Shown: in pieces, positions 17,551 to 27,460 of the stretch
Numbering within the stretch: the first letter of the stretch is position 1
How the letters are laid out: every line of letters begins with the position of its first letter
From: Thermoanaerobaculia bacterium
GTDB lineage: Bacteria > Acidobacteriota > Thermoanaerobaculia > Multivoradales > Multivoraceae
NCBI GenBank assembly: GCA_963664405.1
Contig: OY761158.1
Coordinates: forward strand, 2,944,001 to 3,008,000
Reading direction: 5' to 3'
DNA length: 64,000 bases
Made by a program: the position numbers and the translations under genes
The notes under the pieces: model-generated
What the model saw: the letters and a program-made list of their open reading frames with translations, nothing else
The model's database searches: none
What the model was told of the DNA's origin: nothing

Positions 17551-18367
17551 GAAACACCCCAGCTAGGGTAAGGAGTCGCTCGACGTAGGGGTCTCCCGGG
17601 TGCTCTCGAAGCTCCTCGCCGGTGGCGATACGAAGCAGCTCTCCGCCACGCATGACGGCGATGCGGTCGGCGAGACGGAAGGCCTCGGTGAGATCGTGGG
17701 TAACCAGCAAGAAAGTCTTTTCGAGCTCCCCTTTCAGGCGAAGAAACTCGTTCTGCAACTCCAGCCGGGTCAACGCGTCGAGTGCGCCGAAGGGCTCGTC
17801 GAGAAGAATCACCTCAGGATCGGCCGCCACGGCTCTTGCGAAGGCCACGCGCTGTCGTTGACCTCCGGAGAGCTCGCGAGGATAACGAGCGCCGTACTCG
17901 GCGATCGGAAGTCCTACCAGGCCGAGAAGCTCGGTGGCCCGCGATCGGCAACGCTCTGCGCTCCAGCCGAGTAGGTTGGGAACCAGCGTGACATTGCGCT
18001 GCACGGTCCAGTGCGGTAGGAGACCGCCTTCCTGCTGAACATAGCCGAGATGGCGGCGCAGCGGAATGGGGTCGCTCTCGTCGATGGGTTTGCCGTGAAG
18101 GAAGACTCGGCCCTCGGTGGGTGTTTCCAGGTGATTGAAGAGGCGCAGGAGTGTTGTCTTGCCGCAACCACTCTCGCCTACCAGCACCACGGTCTCGGAC
18201 TTGGCGACGGTGAGGGAGACCCGATCGAGTGCACGCACCTCACCGGCGAAGGTCTTGGACACCTCGCGAGCTTCGAGCGCCGGGACCGCGCTCGTTGTCG
18301 GGGAAGACACCGCAGAATCTCGGCGGAGGTTAGTCTCGGCGCCTCGGTCGGGGAGGTTGCGGGACAC
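17543..18367 (-). CDS. ABC transporter ATP-binding subunit (OpuA/ProV-like, no CBS domain)
   Basis: GESGCGKT, LSGGQRQR, ILLDEPFGALD, VTHD; exact start uncertain. Confidence 0.9.
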   Translation of the reverse strand: MSRNLPDRGAETNLRRDSAVSSPTTSAVPALEAREVSKTFAGEVRALDRVSLTVAKSETVVLVGESGCGKTTLLRLFNHLETPTEGRVFLHGKPIDESDPIPLRRHLGYVQQEGGLLPHWTVQRNVTLVPNLLGWSAERCRSRATELLGLVGLPIAEYGARYPRELSGGQRQRVAFARAVAADPEVILLDEPFGALDALTRLELQNEFLRLKGELEKTFLLVTHDLTEAFRLADRIAVMRGGELLRIATGEELREHPGDPYVERLLTLAGVFHG

Positions 18368-18827
18368 ATCCGGCTCTATAGACCAGGACCGTGCGCTTGA
18401 AATCCATGATCACCTCGCCGTTCTGGTTGTAGCCCTCGGTGCGGAAGCGGACGATTCCCTGTTGCGGTCGCGACTTCGATTCACGCTTCTCGAGGACGAA
18501 GCTCCTGGCGTAGACCGTATCTCCCTCGAACAGAGGCCTGGGGATTCGGATCTCGTCCCAGCCCAGGTTGACTGCGTTCTGGGAGATGTCGCTCACCGAA
18601 AGACCGGTGACCAGAGCGATGGTGAAGCAAGAGTTCACCAGCGGCTTGCCGAAGTCGGTAGAGGCAGCGTAGTGGTGATCGAAGTGGAGAGGGTTCGGGT
18701 TCATTGTGATGTTGGTGAACCAGATGTTGTCGGCGGTTGTCACCGTCCTCCCGAGCGGGTGCTCGTAGACGTCATCCACTTCGAAGTCTTCGAACACGCG
18801 TCCTGTCCAGCCGGCCTTTACGGTCAT
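18330..18827 (-). CDS. MaoC-family (hot-dog) dehydratase
   Basis: GRVFEDF, GRTVT, NPNPLHFD, NLGW, PLFEGDT; ATG 18827 with GGAGG SD. Confidence 0.85.
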   Translation of the reverse strand: MTVKAGWTGRVFEDFEVDDVYEHPLGRTVTTADNIWFTNITMNPNPLHFDHHYAASTDFGKPLVNSCFTIALVTGLSVSDISQNAVNLGWDEIRIPRPLFEGDTVYARSFVLEKRESKSRPQQGIVRFRTEGYNQNGEVIMDFKRTVLVYRAGCVPQPPRPRRRD

Positions 18828-18852
18828 CCGAGACCTCCTCGATCGGTGTAGG

Positions 18853-20040
18853 TCATGAGCTGCTCCTTCGCCCCGAGAGGCGGAAGGGTGCGAGGTCGAA
18901 AGCGGTCTCGCCGTCGACGACAAGGTCGGCAAGGATCTCGCCGAGCACACTAGCGAATTTGAAGCCGTGGCCGGAGCACGCACTGGCCACGAGCATCCGC
19001 GGGTGCTCGGGGTGCTCGTCAATGAGGAAGTGTCCGTCTGCGGTGTTTGTGTACATACAGACCACCGATCTCAGCGGTTGGCGGTCGGCAGTCGGGATGC
19101 GCTTGGCGAGAACGCGGCGAAGCGCATCGACGTCTTCCTTGGCGACCTCCCGGTTCAACGAAGACGCGGTGGTAGAGCACCCCCCGTGGTGCAAGGCGAC
19201 CTTGAGACCACCTCCGAAATCGGGCAGACCGTACAACACCACTCCATCGCTCTCTGCAAAGAGGAAGACCGGAAGCACACCAGCTTGAAAGGCCTGTCTC
19301 TCGGCCGGCTCGACCCAGTGCATGACCTGACGTTCCACCTCTAGAGTAGCGCTTTGATGAGGATCGGCGCCGGACAGTTTCGAGCCCGCATTCTCCCGGG
19401 CCAGGACCGGCACTAACTCGGGGATCCATGCCCCGGAGGCGAGGATCAGCCGTCCGGCTGACACCCAGCCATGGTCGGTGCGGATTTCGATTGCCGACTG
19501 GGTGCTTCTCCATTCCAGCAGCGGCTCAGCGAAACGAAGCTCCGCCCCACCCTCGGCAGCGTCGTTTAGGAAGGCTCGGATGCAGGCTTCGGGAAAGAGG
19601 ACTCCGGCTCGCGGCTCGAGCAGCCCCACAGTGGCGGAATCGGGATGGAGCACGGGGTAGCGTCGGCGGATCTCGGTGGCGGTTAGCTCGGTGGAAGCGA
19701 GTCCGTGCTGGCGCGCACTGGCCCGCGCGCCTTCGATCATCACGCCGTCGTCGGCACCGACGAGAAGAGCGCCGGTGGTTTCGAGTAGTGGGCGCCCGCG
19801 CCGCTTTTCGAGCTCCCGCCATCGCTCGTAGGCCCGCTGTACAAGCGGCACGTACAGTGGGTGCTCGAAATACGCCTCGCGGATGACCCTGGTGTCGCCG
19901 TGGGAAGAGCCTTGGTCGTGCGGGGGGCGGAATCGGTCGAGACCCAAAACGGTCTTACCTCGGCGGGCAAGTTCCGCCACTGCCGCCGAGCCGGTCGCCC
20001 CGAGCCCCGCTACGACCACATCGAAGGTTTCCTGTGCCAT
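18853..20040 (-). CDS. solA: N-methyl-amino-acid oxidase (SolA / monomeric sarcosine oxidase family)
   Basis: GLGATG, GSSHGDTRVIREAY, CMYTNT (covalent FAD Cys), SGHGFKFA. Confidence 0.85.
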   Translation of the reverse strand: MAQETFDVVVAGLGATGSAAVAELARRGKTVLGLDRFRPPHDQGSSHGDTRVIREAYFEHPLYVPLVQRAYERWRELEKRRGRPLLETTGALLVGADDGVMIEGARASARQHGLASTELTATEIRRRYPVLHPDSATVGLLEPRAGVLFPEACIRAFLNDAAEGGAELRFAEPLLEWRSTQSAIEIRTDHGWVSAGRLILASGAWIPELVPVLARENAGSKLSGADPHQSATLEVERQVMHWVEPAERQAFQAGVLPVFLFAESDGVVLYGLPDFGGGLKVALHHGGCSTTASSLNREVAKEDVDALRRVLAKRIPTADRQPLRSVVCMYTNTADGHFLIDEHPEHPRMLVASACSGHGFKFASVLGEILADLVVDGETAFDLAPFRLSGRRSSS

Positions 20041-20260
20041 CTGAGTTTCCGTTTTCGACTCACGTCAGCCTAGCGCACTTTCGCCGGGGGCCAGGGAGTG
20101 GGCCAGCTACCTATGGCAAGCTGGCTGAAGCTCCCGAGGACTCACCAGGCATCCTCAGCGCTGCGCTTTCGCTCGGCAACGAGGGGTGAGCTGATTGTGG
20201 GTCTGGAGAAGCAGGGCACCACCGGGCGGCGCACGGAAGGCTCCTCTATAATCGCCAGAC

Positions 20261-21565
20261 GTGGTCGAACCAGAAACAGCCGAGCAGGTCAATGAGCTCT
20301 CTTCGCCTACCAGCGTATTCGAACGCTCCCAGCACTCGATCTCGCGCCGCGATATTCATCCCAACGCGCTGAAGGTTCTCTATCGCCTCGAGCGGTCTGG
20401 CCATATGGCCTTTATGGTGGGTGGCAGTGTTCGCGATCTGATGCTGGGTCGCCGGCCGAAGGACTTCGACGTCGCCACGGATGCCCGGCCGGAGGAAGTT
20501 CGTCGCCTCTTTCGCAACTCGCGCATTATCGGTCGCCGATTCCGACTGGTGCACGTGTACTTTCATGGCTTGATCGTCGAGGTGTCGACATTTCGTGGTG
20601 TACCTGATCCACAGGCGCAGGCTCCTGGTGAAGAGCTTCTCGTAACCGACGACAATGTCTACGGAACTCCGCGGCAAGATGCCTTTCGCCGCGACTTCAC
20701 CGTCAACGGGCTCTTTTACAGCATCGGCGACTTCAGCGTCCTCGACTATGTAGGTGGGGTGGAGGACCTCGAAGACCAGATCATCCGTGTCATCGGCGAT
20801 CCCGACCTGAGGTTTCGCGAGGATCCGGTGCGCATGATGCGTGCCTGCGAGATGGCAGGCCGGCTGGGCTTCGGCATCGAGGAGGAGGCGCAGCGATCGA
20901 TTCAGCGGCATAGTGGCGAGATTGCCAAGGCCGCGCCGGCCCGGCTCATCGAAGAGCTGCTGGAGCTACTCCACTGCGGTCATGCCGGTGGCGCTTTACA
21001 GTGGATGCTCGACCTCGGTCTGGCGGATGTGCTGCTGCCGGAGCTGAGGAGTGCAGTCGAGGCCGAACAAGAGGATCTGGGATGTTTCGGTGCCGTGATC
21101 CCGGTGATCGATCGGATCGTCCTCAGCGGAAGGGAGCTGAGCGGCTCCTTGCTGCTCGCCGGTCTGCTCGTCCCCGGCGTGCTCCTGGCGCGGCATCGCC
21201 GTGAGAAGAAGCTGGGGCGACCGCTAAGCCGACTCGCTGTACGACGCCTGACCGAGAGCGCGGTGGCGAGCCTCGGTGGTCGCTTCAGTCTTTCGAACGT
21301 GCGGGCTCAGCGAACCACCGATACCCTGACGCTCCTCCAGCGCCTCTGCGAGCCTCCCCCCCTCGATTGGACTGTCCAAGAAGTAATCACGCACCGCCTC
21401 TACGAAGACGCAGTCCTGCTCTTCCAGATCCTCGTCGAAGCTACCGGCGAAGGCGAAGAAAGCCTCGAAGCTTGGCGCGCCGCCGCCCTCGACCCCGATA
21501 GACCTCCACCCCGTCGCCGCCCCAAACGCCGCCGCCGCGGCCGGGCGCGGCATCGCAAGCGCTAG
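20261..21565 (+). CDS. pcnB: poly(A) polymerase, PcnB family
   Basis: VGGSVRD, KDFD, PAP-specific IIGRRFRLVHV motif, RRDFTVN, EDPVRMMR, Arg-rich tail; TATAAT 8 nt before the GTG. Confidence 0.85.
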   Translation: MVEPETAEQVNELSSPTSVFERSQHSISRRDIHPNALKVLYRLERSGHMAFMVGGSVRDLMLGRRPKDFDVATDARPEEVRRLFRNSRIIGRRFRLVHVYFHGLIVEVSTFRGVPDPQAQAPGEELLVTDDNVYGTPRQDAFRRDFTVNGLFYSIGDFSVLDYVGGVEDLEDQIIRVIGDPDLRFREDPVRMMRACEMAGRLGFGIEEEAQRSIQRHSGEIAKAAPARLIEELLELLHCGHAGGALQWMLDLGLADVLLPELRSAVEAEQEDLGCFGAVIPVIDRIVLSGRELSGSLLLAGLLVPGVLLARHRREKKLGRPLSRLAVRRLTESAVASLGGRFSLSNVRAQRTTDTLTLLQRLCEPPPLDWTVQEVITHRLYEDAVLLFQILVEATGEGEESLEAWRAAALDPDRPPPRRRPKRRRRGRARHRKR

Positions 21566-21603
21566 TCTGTGTGTCTCTTCGGCGGTCGTTGTCGCGGGGC
21601 CGA

Positions 21604-21756
21604 CCGCTTCAGAGGCGCCCGCATCAGGGGGTCTCGGGTACCAAGCTGCTCCGCGGGTTGCAGAGGACGCTGGTAGCGAAGCCGACTCTCATAAGTTTAA
21701 CTATGCTGCGCAGCTCGGTACCCAAGACCCCCCGGAGCCGGGTGCCTCTGAAGCGG
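21604..21756. repeat. long imperfect palindrome, ~46-bp arms with ~60-nt loop
   Basis: CCGCTTCAGAGGCGCCCG...GGGTACCAAGCTGC pairs with GCAGCTCGGTACCC...CGGGTGCCTCTGAAGCGG. Confidence 0.85.
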
Positions 21757-21909
21757 CCTGCGGGCTTGCCCCAACGAGCGGCTTCCGAGATCCTAGGCGG
21801 GTCGCCCGCCTTCCCTGCCCGACGAACGGTGAGGCGCCCCAGCCGAGAAGAAGCACACTCCGTCGGAAGCGTTGAGGGGCGGGTAAGACTGAGCTAGGAT
21901 GCAAGCTGC

Positions 21910-23652
21910 ATGGAAACCCTACAGCACGACGTGCTCATAGTCGGTGGCGGTGGTGCGGGCCTGAGGGCCTCCATCGCGGTCGCGGAGGCAGCGCCCGATC
22001 TGAGTGTCGGAGTCGTCTCCAAGGTTTATCCGATGCGGAGTCATACGGTCTCCGCCGAAGGGGGATCGGCGGCGGTCATCAAGCCAGAAGACAGCCAGGA
22101 GGCTCATTGCTACGACACCATCAGCGGTGGCGACTGGCTGTGCGATCAGGACGCAGTCGAGGCCTTCGTCCGAGAAGCCCCCGAAGAGTTGCTCCAGCTG
22201 GAACACTGGGGCTGCCCGTGGAGCCGCCAGCCGGACGGACACATTGCGGTTAGGCCCTTCGGCGGCATGAAGATCGAGCGAACTTGGTACGCCGCCGACA
22301 AGACCGGCTTCCACATGCTGCACTCGCTGTATCAGACCTGCCTCAAGTACCCGTCCGTGACCAGATACGACGAGTGGTTCGCGACCAGCCTGCTCGTCGA
22401 CGAGGGGCGCTGCCAGGGTGTGGTAGCGATTCAGTTGGCGACGGGCAAGATCTACGCGATCCTCGCCAAGGTGGTGATCCTCACCACCGGAGGGTGTGGC
22501 AAGGTCTTTCGCTTTACGACCAACGCCAACATCAAGACGGGCGACGGTATGGCGCTTGCCTATCGCGCTGGGGCACCCCTGAAGGACATGGAGTTCGTTC
22601 AGTACCACCCCACCGGCTTACCCTTCACTGGGATCCTCATCACCGAGGCGACGCGAGCCGAGGGCGGTTGGCTGGTCAACAAAGACGGCTACCGCTACCT
22701 TCAGGACTACGACTTGGGCACCCCGGAGCCACTGCCGGTCAAGCGCTCCATGGAGCTCGGGCCGCGCGACCGCCTGTCGCAGGCCTTTGTGCAGGAGTTG
22801 CACAAAGGGCGCACCATCGACACACCACACGGCCCGGTGGTCCACTTGGACATTCGCCATGTGGGTGAGAAGAAGATCGACAGAGAGCTGCCCTTTGTTC
22901 GTGAGTTGTGCCTCAAGTACGAGAATCTGGATCCGGTGAGCGAGTTGATTCCGGTCAGGCCGGTGATTCACTACATGATGGGCGGAGTCGACACCGACAT
23001 CCACGGCGCCACCTCCCTTCCGGGGCTGTACGCCGCTGGAGAAGTCGCCTGCGTCAGCATCAATGGAGCCAACCGCCTGGGCTCGAACTCGCTGACCGAG
23101 TTACTGGTCTTCGGTGCTCGGGCCGGAAAGGTCGCGGCGACTTTCGCCTCAACGCAGTCGGAGCCCACCCGAGGCGTCCTGGCTCAGGCGCAGGACGAAG
23201 AGCGGCGCTTGAGAAGCGGGTTCCTGGAGAAGACGAGCGGAAACGAGCGAGTCGCCACCCTGAGAGACGAGATGCAAGAGGCGGTAGAGAGCGGCGCCGG
23301 CATCTACCGCGAGGCGGGGGGGCTTCGCGCCGCGGCGGAAAAGATCCAAGAGCTCAGAGAGCGATTCGAAAACGTCTGCCTCGACGATCACAGCCTGAGC
23401 TTCAACACCGAGCTCGTTGCGTGTCTCGAGCTGTCCAACATGCTCGAGCTGGCTCCGGCGATCATGCAGTCGGCGCTGAGCCGAACGGAGTCGCGAGGCG
23501 CTCATCAGCGCACCGACTACCCGGCGAGAGACGACGATAAATTCCTGGCTCACTCGCTTGCGCACTGGACCGACGATGGTCCGCCCAGAATCGACTACCA
23601 GCCCGTGACCATCACTCGTTGGCCACCGGGCGAGCGCACCTACGGAAGGTGA
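21910..23652 (+). CDS. frdA: fumarate reductase flavoprotein subunit
   Basis: [16 protein letters not shown] (covalent FAD His), [33 protein letters not shown]. Confidence 0.92.
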   Translation: METLQHDVLIVGGGGAGLRASIAVAEAAPDLSVGVVSKVYPMRSHTVSAEGGSAAVIKPEDSQEAHCYDTISGGDWLCDQDAVEAFVREAPEELLQLEHWGCPWSRQPDGHIAVRPFGGMKIERTWYAADKTGFHMLHSLYQTCLKYPSVTRYDEWFATSLLVDEGRCQGVVAIQLATGKIYAILAKVVILTTGGCGKVFRFTTNANIKTGDGMALAYRAGAPLKDMEFVQYHPTGLPFTGILITEATRAEGGWLVNKDGYRYLQDYDLGTPEPLPVKRSMELGPRDRLSQAFVQELHKGRTIDTPHGPVVHLDIRHVGEKKIDRELPFVRELCLKYENLDPVSELIPVRPVIHYMMGGVDTDIHGATSLPGLYAAGEVACVSINGANRLGSNSLTELLVFGARAGKVAATFASTQSEPTRGVLAQAQDEERRLRSGFLEKTSGNERVATLRDEMQEAVESGAGIYREAGGLRAAAEKIQELRERFENVCLDDHSLSFNTELVACLELSNMLELAPAIMQSALSRTESRGAHQRTDYPARDDDKFLAHSLAHWTDDGPPRIDYQPVTITRWPPGERTYGR

Positions 23653-23655
23653 GGA

Positions 23656-24399
23656 ATGAGCGAATCGATCACTTTGCAGATTCTGCGTTATCGGCCTGAA
23701 GACGAAGAAGAGCCGGTTTGGCAGAGTTTCGAGATTCCGCGCCGCGATGAGTGGATGGTCCTCGATGGCCTGAACTACATCAAAGACCAACTGGACGGCA
23801 GTCTGTCCTACCGTTGGTCCTGCCGTATGGGCGTCTGCGGAAGTTGCGGCATGGTGGTCAACGGCGAGCCGGTACTCACCTGCACTACCTACCTCGGCGA
23901 CTTGCCGCCGGGGCCGGTGCGGATCGAGCCACTGAACGGCTTCCCGGTGATTCGAGATCTGGTGGGGGACATCGAGGATTTCATCAGCAAGCTCCAGAGC
24001 GTGAAGCCCTGGATCATCCGCGACGAAGACAAACCCCTGTCCGAGGGCGAATACCTGCAGACCCCCGAGGAGTTGGCCGATTACATGCAGTACAGCATGT
24101 GCATCAACTGCATGCTGTGCTACTCCGCCTGCCCCATTTATGCCCTCGAGCCAGACTTTATCGGCCCAGCCGCGATTGCCCTGGCCCAGCGTTACAACCT
24201 CGATTCCCGCGACCAGGGCGCAGAGGAGCGAATGGACATCCTGTCGCAGCACGCGGGCATGTGGGCCTGCACCTTCGTCGGCGAGTGTTCGGAGGTCTGC
24301 CCGAAGAATGTGGATCCGGCCGGGGCCATCCAGCGCTATAAAGTCACGACCACGGCCGAGTGGTTCAAGTCGTTGCTCATGCCCTGGGGCAAACGGTGA
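23656..24399 (+). CDS. frdB: fumarate reductase iron-sulfur subunit
   Basis: [38 protein letters not shown]. Confidence 0.92.
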   Translation: MSESITLQILRYRPEDEEEPVWQSFEIPRRDEWMVLDGLNYIKDQLDGSLSYRWSCRMGVCGSCGMVVNGEPVLTCTTYLGDLPPGPVRIEPLNGFPVIRDLVGDIEDFISKLQSVKPWIIRDEDKPLSEGEYLQTPEELADYMQYSMCINCMLCYSACPIYALEPDFIGPAAIALAQRYNLDSRDQGAEERMDILSQHAGMWACTFVGECSEVCPKNVDPAGAIQRYKVTTTAEWFKSLLMPWGKR

Positions 24400-24857
24400 G
24401 TAGCTCACCAGATCTGCAGTCATCCTCGTCGGCGGCCCACGAGGCTGCCAACCCGAGCTACCGGCCCTACCATCCCAGGTGGTACCGCAAGCCGTATCCG
24501 ATCCTGTGGTGGTTGGAAAAGCTCGCCTACAAGAAGTTCATGCTGCGCGAGCTGACCAGCCTTGCCGTGGCCTACGCCGCCGTGCTGTTGATGGTGCAGA
24601 TCTCCGCTCTGTCCAGAGGGGCAGCGGCCTACGAGCGTTTCGAAACGGTACTCCGCTCGCCGCTTGCTCTTTTGTTTCACACGATCGTGTTGCTGTTACT
24701 CCTCTTCCACTCCATCACCTGGCTCAACCTGGCCCCCAAGGCGCTGGTGGTCCGACTCGGCCGCCGTCGCATCCCCAACCGTGCTGTGCTGGCAGGGCAC
24801 TACTTCGGGTGGCTCGCCGCAACGGTTCTGTTGTTCTTCTTCTTGGTGGGGAGCTGA
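24396..24857 (+). CDS. frdC: fumarate reductase membrane anchor C
   Basis: WW...[23 protein letters not shown]; GTGA overlap with frdB. Confidence 0.85.
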   Translation: MSSSPDLQSSSSAAHEAANPSYRPYHPRWYRKPYPILWWLEKLAYKKFMLRELTSLAVAYAAVLLMVQISALSRGAAAYERFETVLRSPLALLFHTIVLLLLLFHSITWLNLAPKALVVRLGRRRIPNRAVLAGHYFGWLAATVLLFFFLVGS

Positions 24858-25210
24858 TGGCCAAACGCTCTAACGAGCCTTTCTTTTGGGCGATGTTCAG
24901 TAGTGGCGGCATGCTGGCCGCTTTCCTGGCACCGGCACTCGTGCTGTTGCTGTGGTTCGCATCGCCACTGGGTTGGGTCGATGCCCCCTCGCAGGAGGAA
25001 ATGTCGACCAAGCTCGGTCACCCTCTGGTGAAGCTGGGCTTGTTCGCGTTCATCATGCTGTCTTTGTTTCACGCCGCCCACCGACTCCGTTTCACCCTCT
25101 ATGACGGGTTGCAACTGAGCCATCTCTCCGCGCTCATCGCTACCATCGCCTATGGGTGCGCGACGGTGCTGACCCTCTGCGCGGCCTACCTCCTCTTGAC
25201 CTTCTCCTGA
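24857..25210 (+). CDS. frdD: fumarate reductase membrane anchor D
   Basis: KRSNEPFFWAMFSSGGM, FHAAHRL; TGATG overlap with frdC. Confidence 0.85.
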   Translation: MAKRSNEPFFWAMFSSGGMLAAFLAPALVLLLWFASPLGWVDAPSQEEMSTKLGHPLVKLGLFAFIMLSLFHAAHRLRFTLYDGLQLSHLSALIATIAYGCATVLTLCAAYLLLTFS

Positions 25211-25217
25211 GCCGCAG

Positions 25218-26729
25218 CTAGCGAAAGACCCGGAACCAGAGGTCGAAGATCTTGCGCACCGTGGGCGTCAGCTTTCCTTTGCGCCACTGGTTTGCCGCCT
25301 TGCGCATGGCCTCGCCTTGGGTCGGGTAGGGGTGGATGGTCGAAGCGATCTTGCCCAGACCGATCTTATGAGTGATCGCGAGGCAGAGCTCGCCGATCAT
25401 GTCGCCGGCGTGCTCGGCCACCAGAGTGGCCCCGAGAATCTGGTCGCTCCCAGCCTTTAGGATCACTCGCAAGAATCCGTCCGCCTCGCCGTCGAGAACC
25501 GCCCGGTCCACTTCGGAGAAGGGGACGGTGATCACTTGGGTTTCGTGTCCCTGCGCCTTGGCGTCCTTCTCATAGAGCCCGACGTGGGCGATCTCCGGAC
25601 TGGTATAGGTACACCATGGAACGACCAGGTTGGTGTGGCGGCTACGGCCGAAGAAAAAGGCGTTCTGGATGACGATTCCGGCGTGGGCGTCGGCGAGGTG
25701 GGTGAACTTGAGGAGCGGTGCAATGTCTCCGGCGGCGTAGATCCGGCGGTTGGTCGTGCGCAGGTTGCCACCAACTTTGACGCCCGTGCGGTCGTACTCG
25801 ACGCCCGCAGCCTCGAGACCCAGACCCTCGACATTGGGTGCCCGGCCCACCGCCACCAAGAGTTGATCGGCCGCCAGCTCTTGGCTCTCGCCATCGAGCT
25901 CGAAGGCGACGACCTTTTCAACCCCTCTTCCCTCAATGCCGAGGATCTTGGCGCCGAGTGCGAGGCGAACGCCCTCTGCCGCCATCTGGCGCTGCACTAC
26001 TTCGGCGGCGTCGGGGTCTTCGCGAATGAGAATCTGAGATGCCATGTCGAAAAGGGTGACCTCCGAGCCGAAACGGGAGAAGGTCTGGGCCATCTCACAG
26101 CCGATCGGGCCGGCGCCGATGATGGCGAAGCGCCTGGGCAGCTCGGTGAGCGAGAAGATCGACTCGTTAGTCAGATATCGGACCTGATCGAGCCCGGGGA
26201 TCGGCGGAGCCGCGGCGCGGGCGCCGGTGGCGATGACGGCGCGTCTGAAGTGGAGCTCAGTACCGTCGACTTGTGCTGTTGCGGGACCGGTGAAGCTGCC
26301 GTGACCGAGGAAGACGTCGACACCGAGATCGCGAAAACGAGCTGCCCCGTCGACCGCGCTGATGCCTGCGCGAAGGCGGCGCATCCGTTCCATCGCGCGA
26401 CCGAAGTCGCCGGGCTCCCGAGCGACCGGAGCCCCGAGCTCTTCTCCGGCGCGGGCGGCGTGCCAGGCGCGGGCGGCGCTGATGACACCCTTGGAGGGTA
26501 CGCAGCCGACGTTCAGGCAGTCACCACCCATGAGGTGACGCTCAACCAGGGCGACTTTGGCGCCGAGGCCGGCCGCTACGACTGCGCTTACCAGCCCGGC
26601 GGTACCGGCACCGATGACGACGAGGTGATAGCGGTCGGCCGCCTTGGGGTTGGTCCAATCAGGAGGGTGGACATTCGCCTCCAGCTCTTGGTTGAACTCG
26701 TCGAAGGGCTCGAGAGCCGGCTCAGTCAT
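25218..26729 (-). CDS. pyridine nucleotide-disulfide oxidoreductase (mercuric reductase-like / Lpd family)
   Basis: GAGTAG, GGDCLNVGCVPSK, GAGPIGCE, HPYPTQGE; no C-terminal Cys pair. Confidence 0.85.
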   Translation of the reverse strand: MTEPALEPFDEFNQELEANVHPPDWTNPKAADRYHLVVIGAGTAGLVSAVVAAGLGAKVALVERHLMGGDCLNVGCVPSKGVISAARAWHAARAGEELGAPVAREPGDFGRAMERMRRLRAGISAVDGAARFRDLGVDVFLGHGSFTGPATAQVDGTELHFRRAVIATGARAAAPPIPGLDQVRYLTNESIFSLTELPRRFAIIGAGPIGCEMAQTFSRFGSEVTLFDMASQILIREDPDAAEVVQRQMAAEGVRLALGAKILGIEGRGVEKVVAFELDGESQELAADQLLVAVGRAPNVEGLGLEAAGVEYDRTGVKVGGNLRTTNRRIYAAGDIAPLLKFTHLADAHAGIVIQNAFFFGRSRHTNLVVPWCTYTSPEIAHVGLYEKDAKAQGHETQVITVPFSEVDRAVLDGEADGFLRVILKAGSDQILGATLVAEHAGDMIGELCLAITHKIGLGKIASTIHPYPTQGEAMRKAANQWRKGKLTPTVRKIFDLWFRVFR

Positions 26730-27447
26730 CGGTGGCCTCCTTCAGTGCGCGCGAGGCGATGCGGGTAACGAGGGTGGTGACGACGATCGTCGCCACCAGG
26801 CCGAGGCCCAGGGTCACGTAATGAGCTGTGCCACGTTCGGGGGCCGCGCCGCCGGCCAATGCCGCTACGTCGCCGACGACCTTGCCGTAGTAAACGTACA
26901 GCAGCGTGCCGGGGAGCATGCCGAGGCACGCCAGCGCGTAATCGGCGAGCCGGACTTTGGTCAGGCCGAGGCCATAGTTGAGAAGTACGAACGGGAAGAT
27001 CGGCGAGAGCCGAAGTAGGAAGACGATCTTGCGCCCCTCAGCGCCCACCGCCTTGTCGATGGCCGCGAAGCGCGGGTGCCCGGCGAGCTTCTTTTCGATC
27101 GTCTGCCTTGCCAGGTAGCGGGCTACCAGGAAAGCCGCGATCGCTCCCAGAGTGGCGCCGAGGAAGACGTAGATGGTGCCTTGCGCCAGCCCGAACACGG
27201 CGCCACCAGCAAGAGTCAGGAGCGAGCCGGGAATGAAGGCCACGGTGGCCACGGCATAACCGAGGATGTAGACGAGCGGGCCAAGAAAGCCAAGGCCGTC
27301 CACCCACTCGGCGAAGAGGGGAATGTAGCTCCCCGCTCGGCGAGCGACAATGAAGAGCAGAAATGCGGCAGCTACGGCCGCTAGCAGGCGGGTCGCGCGC
27401 AAGAGCACGCCGCTTGATTGCTCAGGGACCGCTTCGCTTTGCGACAT
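26722..27447 (-). CDS. TVP38/TMEM64 (VTT/DedA) family membrane protein
   Basis: PGSLLTLAGGAVFG, LLRLSPIFPFVLLNYGLGLT, GMLPGT. Confidence 0.88.
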   Translation of the reverse strand: MSQSEAVPEQSSGVLLRATRLLAAVAAAFLLFIVARRAGSYIPLFAEWVDGLGFLGPLVYILGYAVATVAFIPGSLLTLAGGAVFGLAQGTIYVFLGATLGAIAAFLVARYLARQTIEKKLAGHPRFAAIDKAVGAEGRKIVFLLRLSPIFPFVLLNYGLGLTKVRLADYALACLGMLPGTLLYVYYGKVVGDVAALAGGAAPERGTAHYVTLGLGLVATIVVTTLVTRIASRALKEATDD

Positions 27448-27460
27448 CTCGATCTCCTAG

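Noticed and set aside
20261-21565. CCA-adding enzyme
   Set aside because: Contains the poly(A)-polymerase-specific IGRRFxLVHV motif
21604-21756. 6S RNA or intrinsic terminator
   Set aside because: No clear central bubble architecture and no U tract; kept only as an unexplained palindrome
25218-26729. Mercury resistance (merA)
   Set aside because: No C-terminal Cys pair, no HMA domain and no merR/T/P nearby
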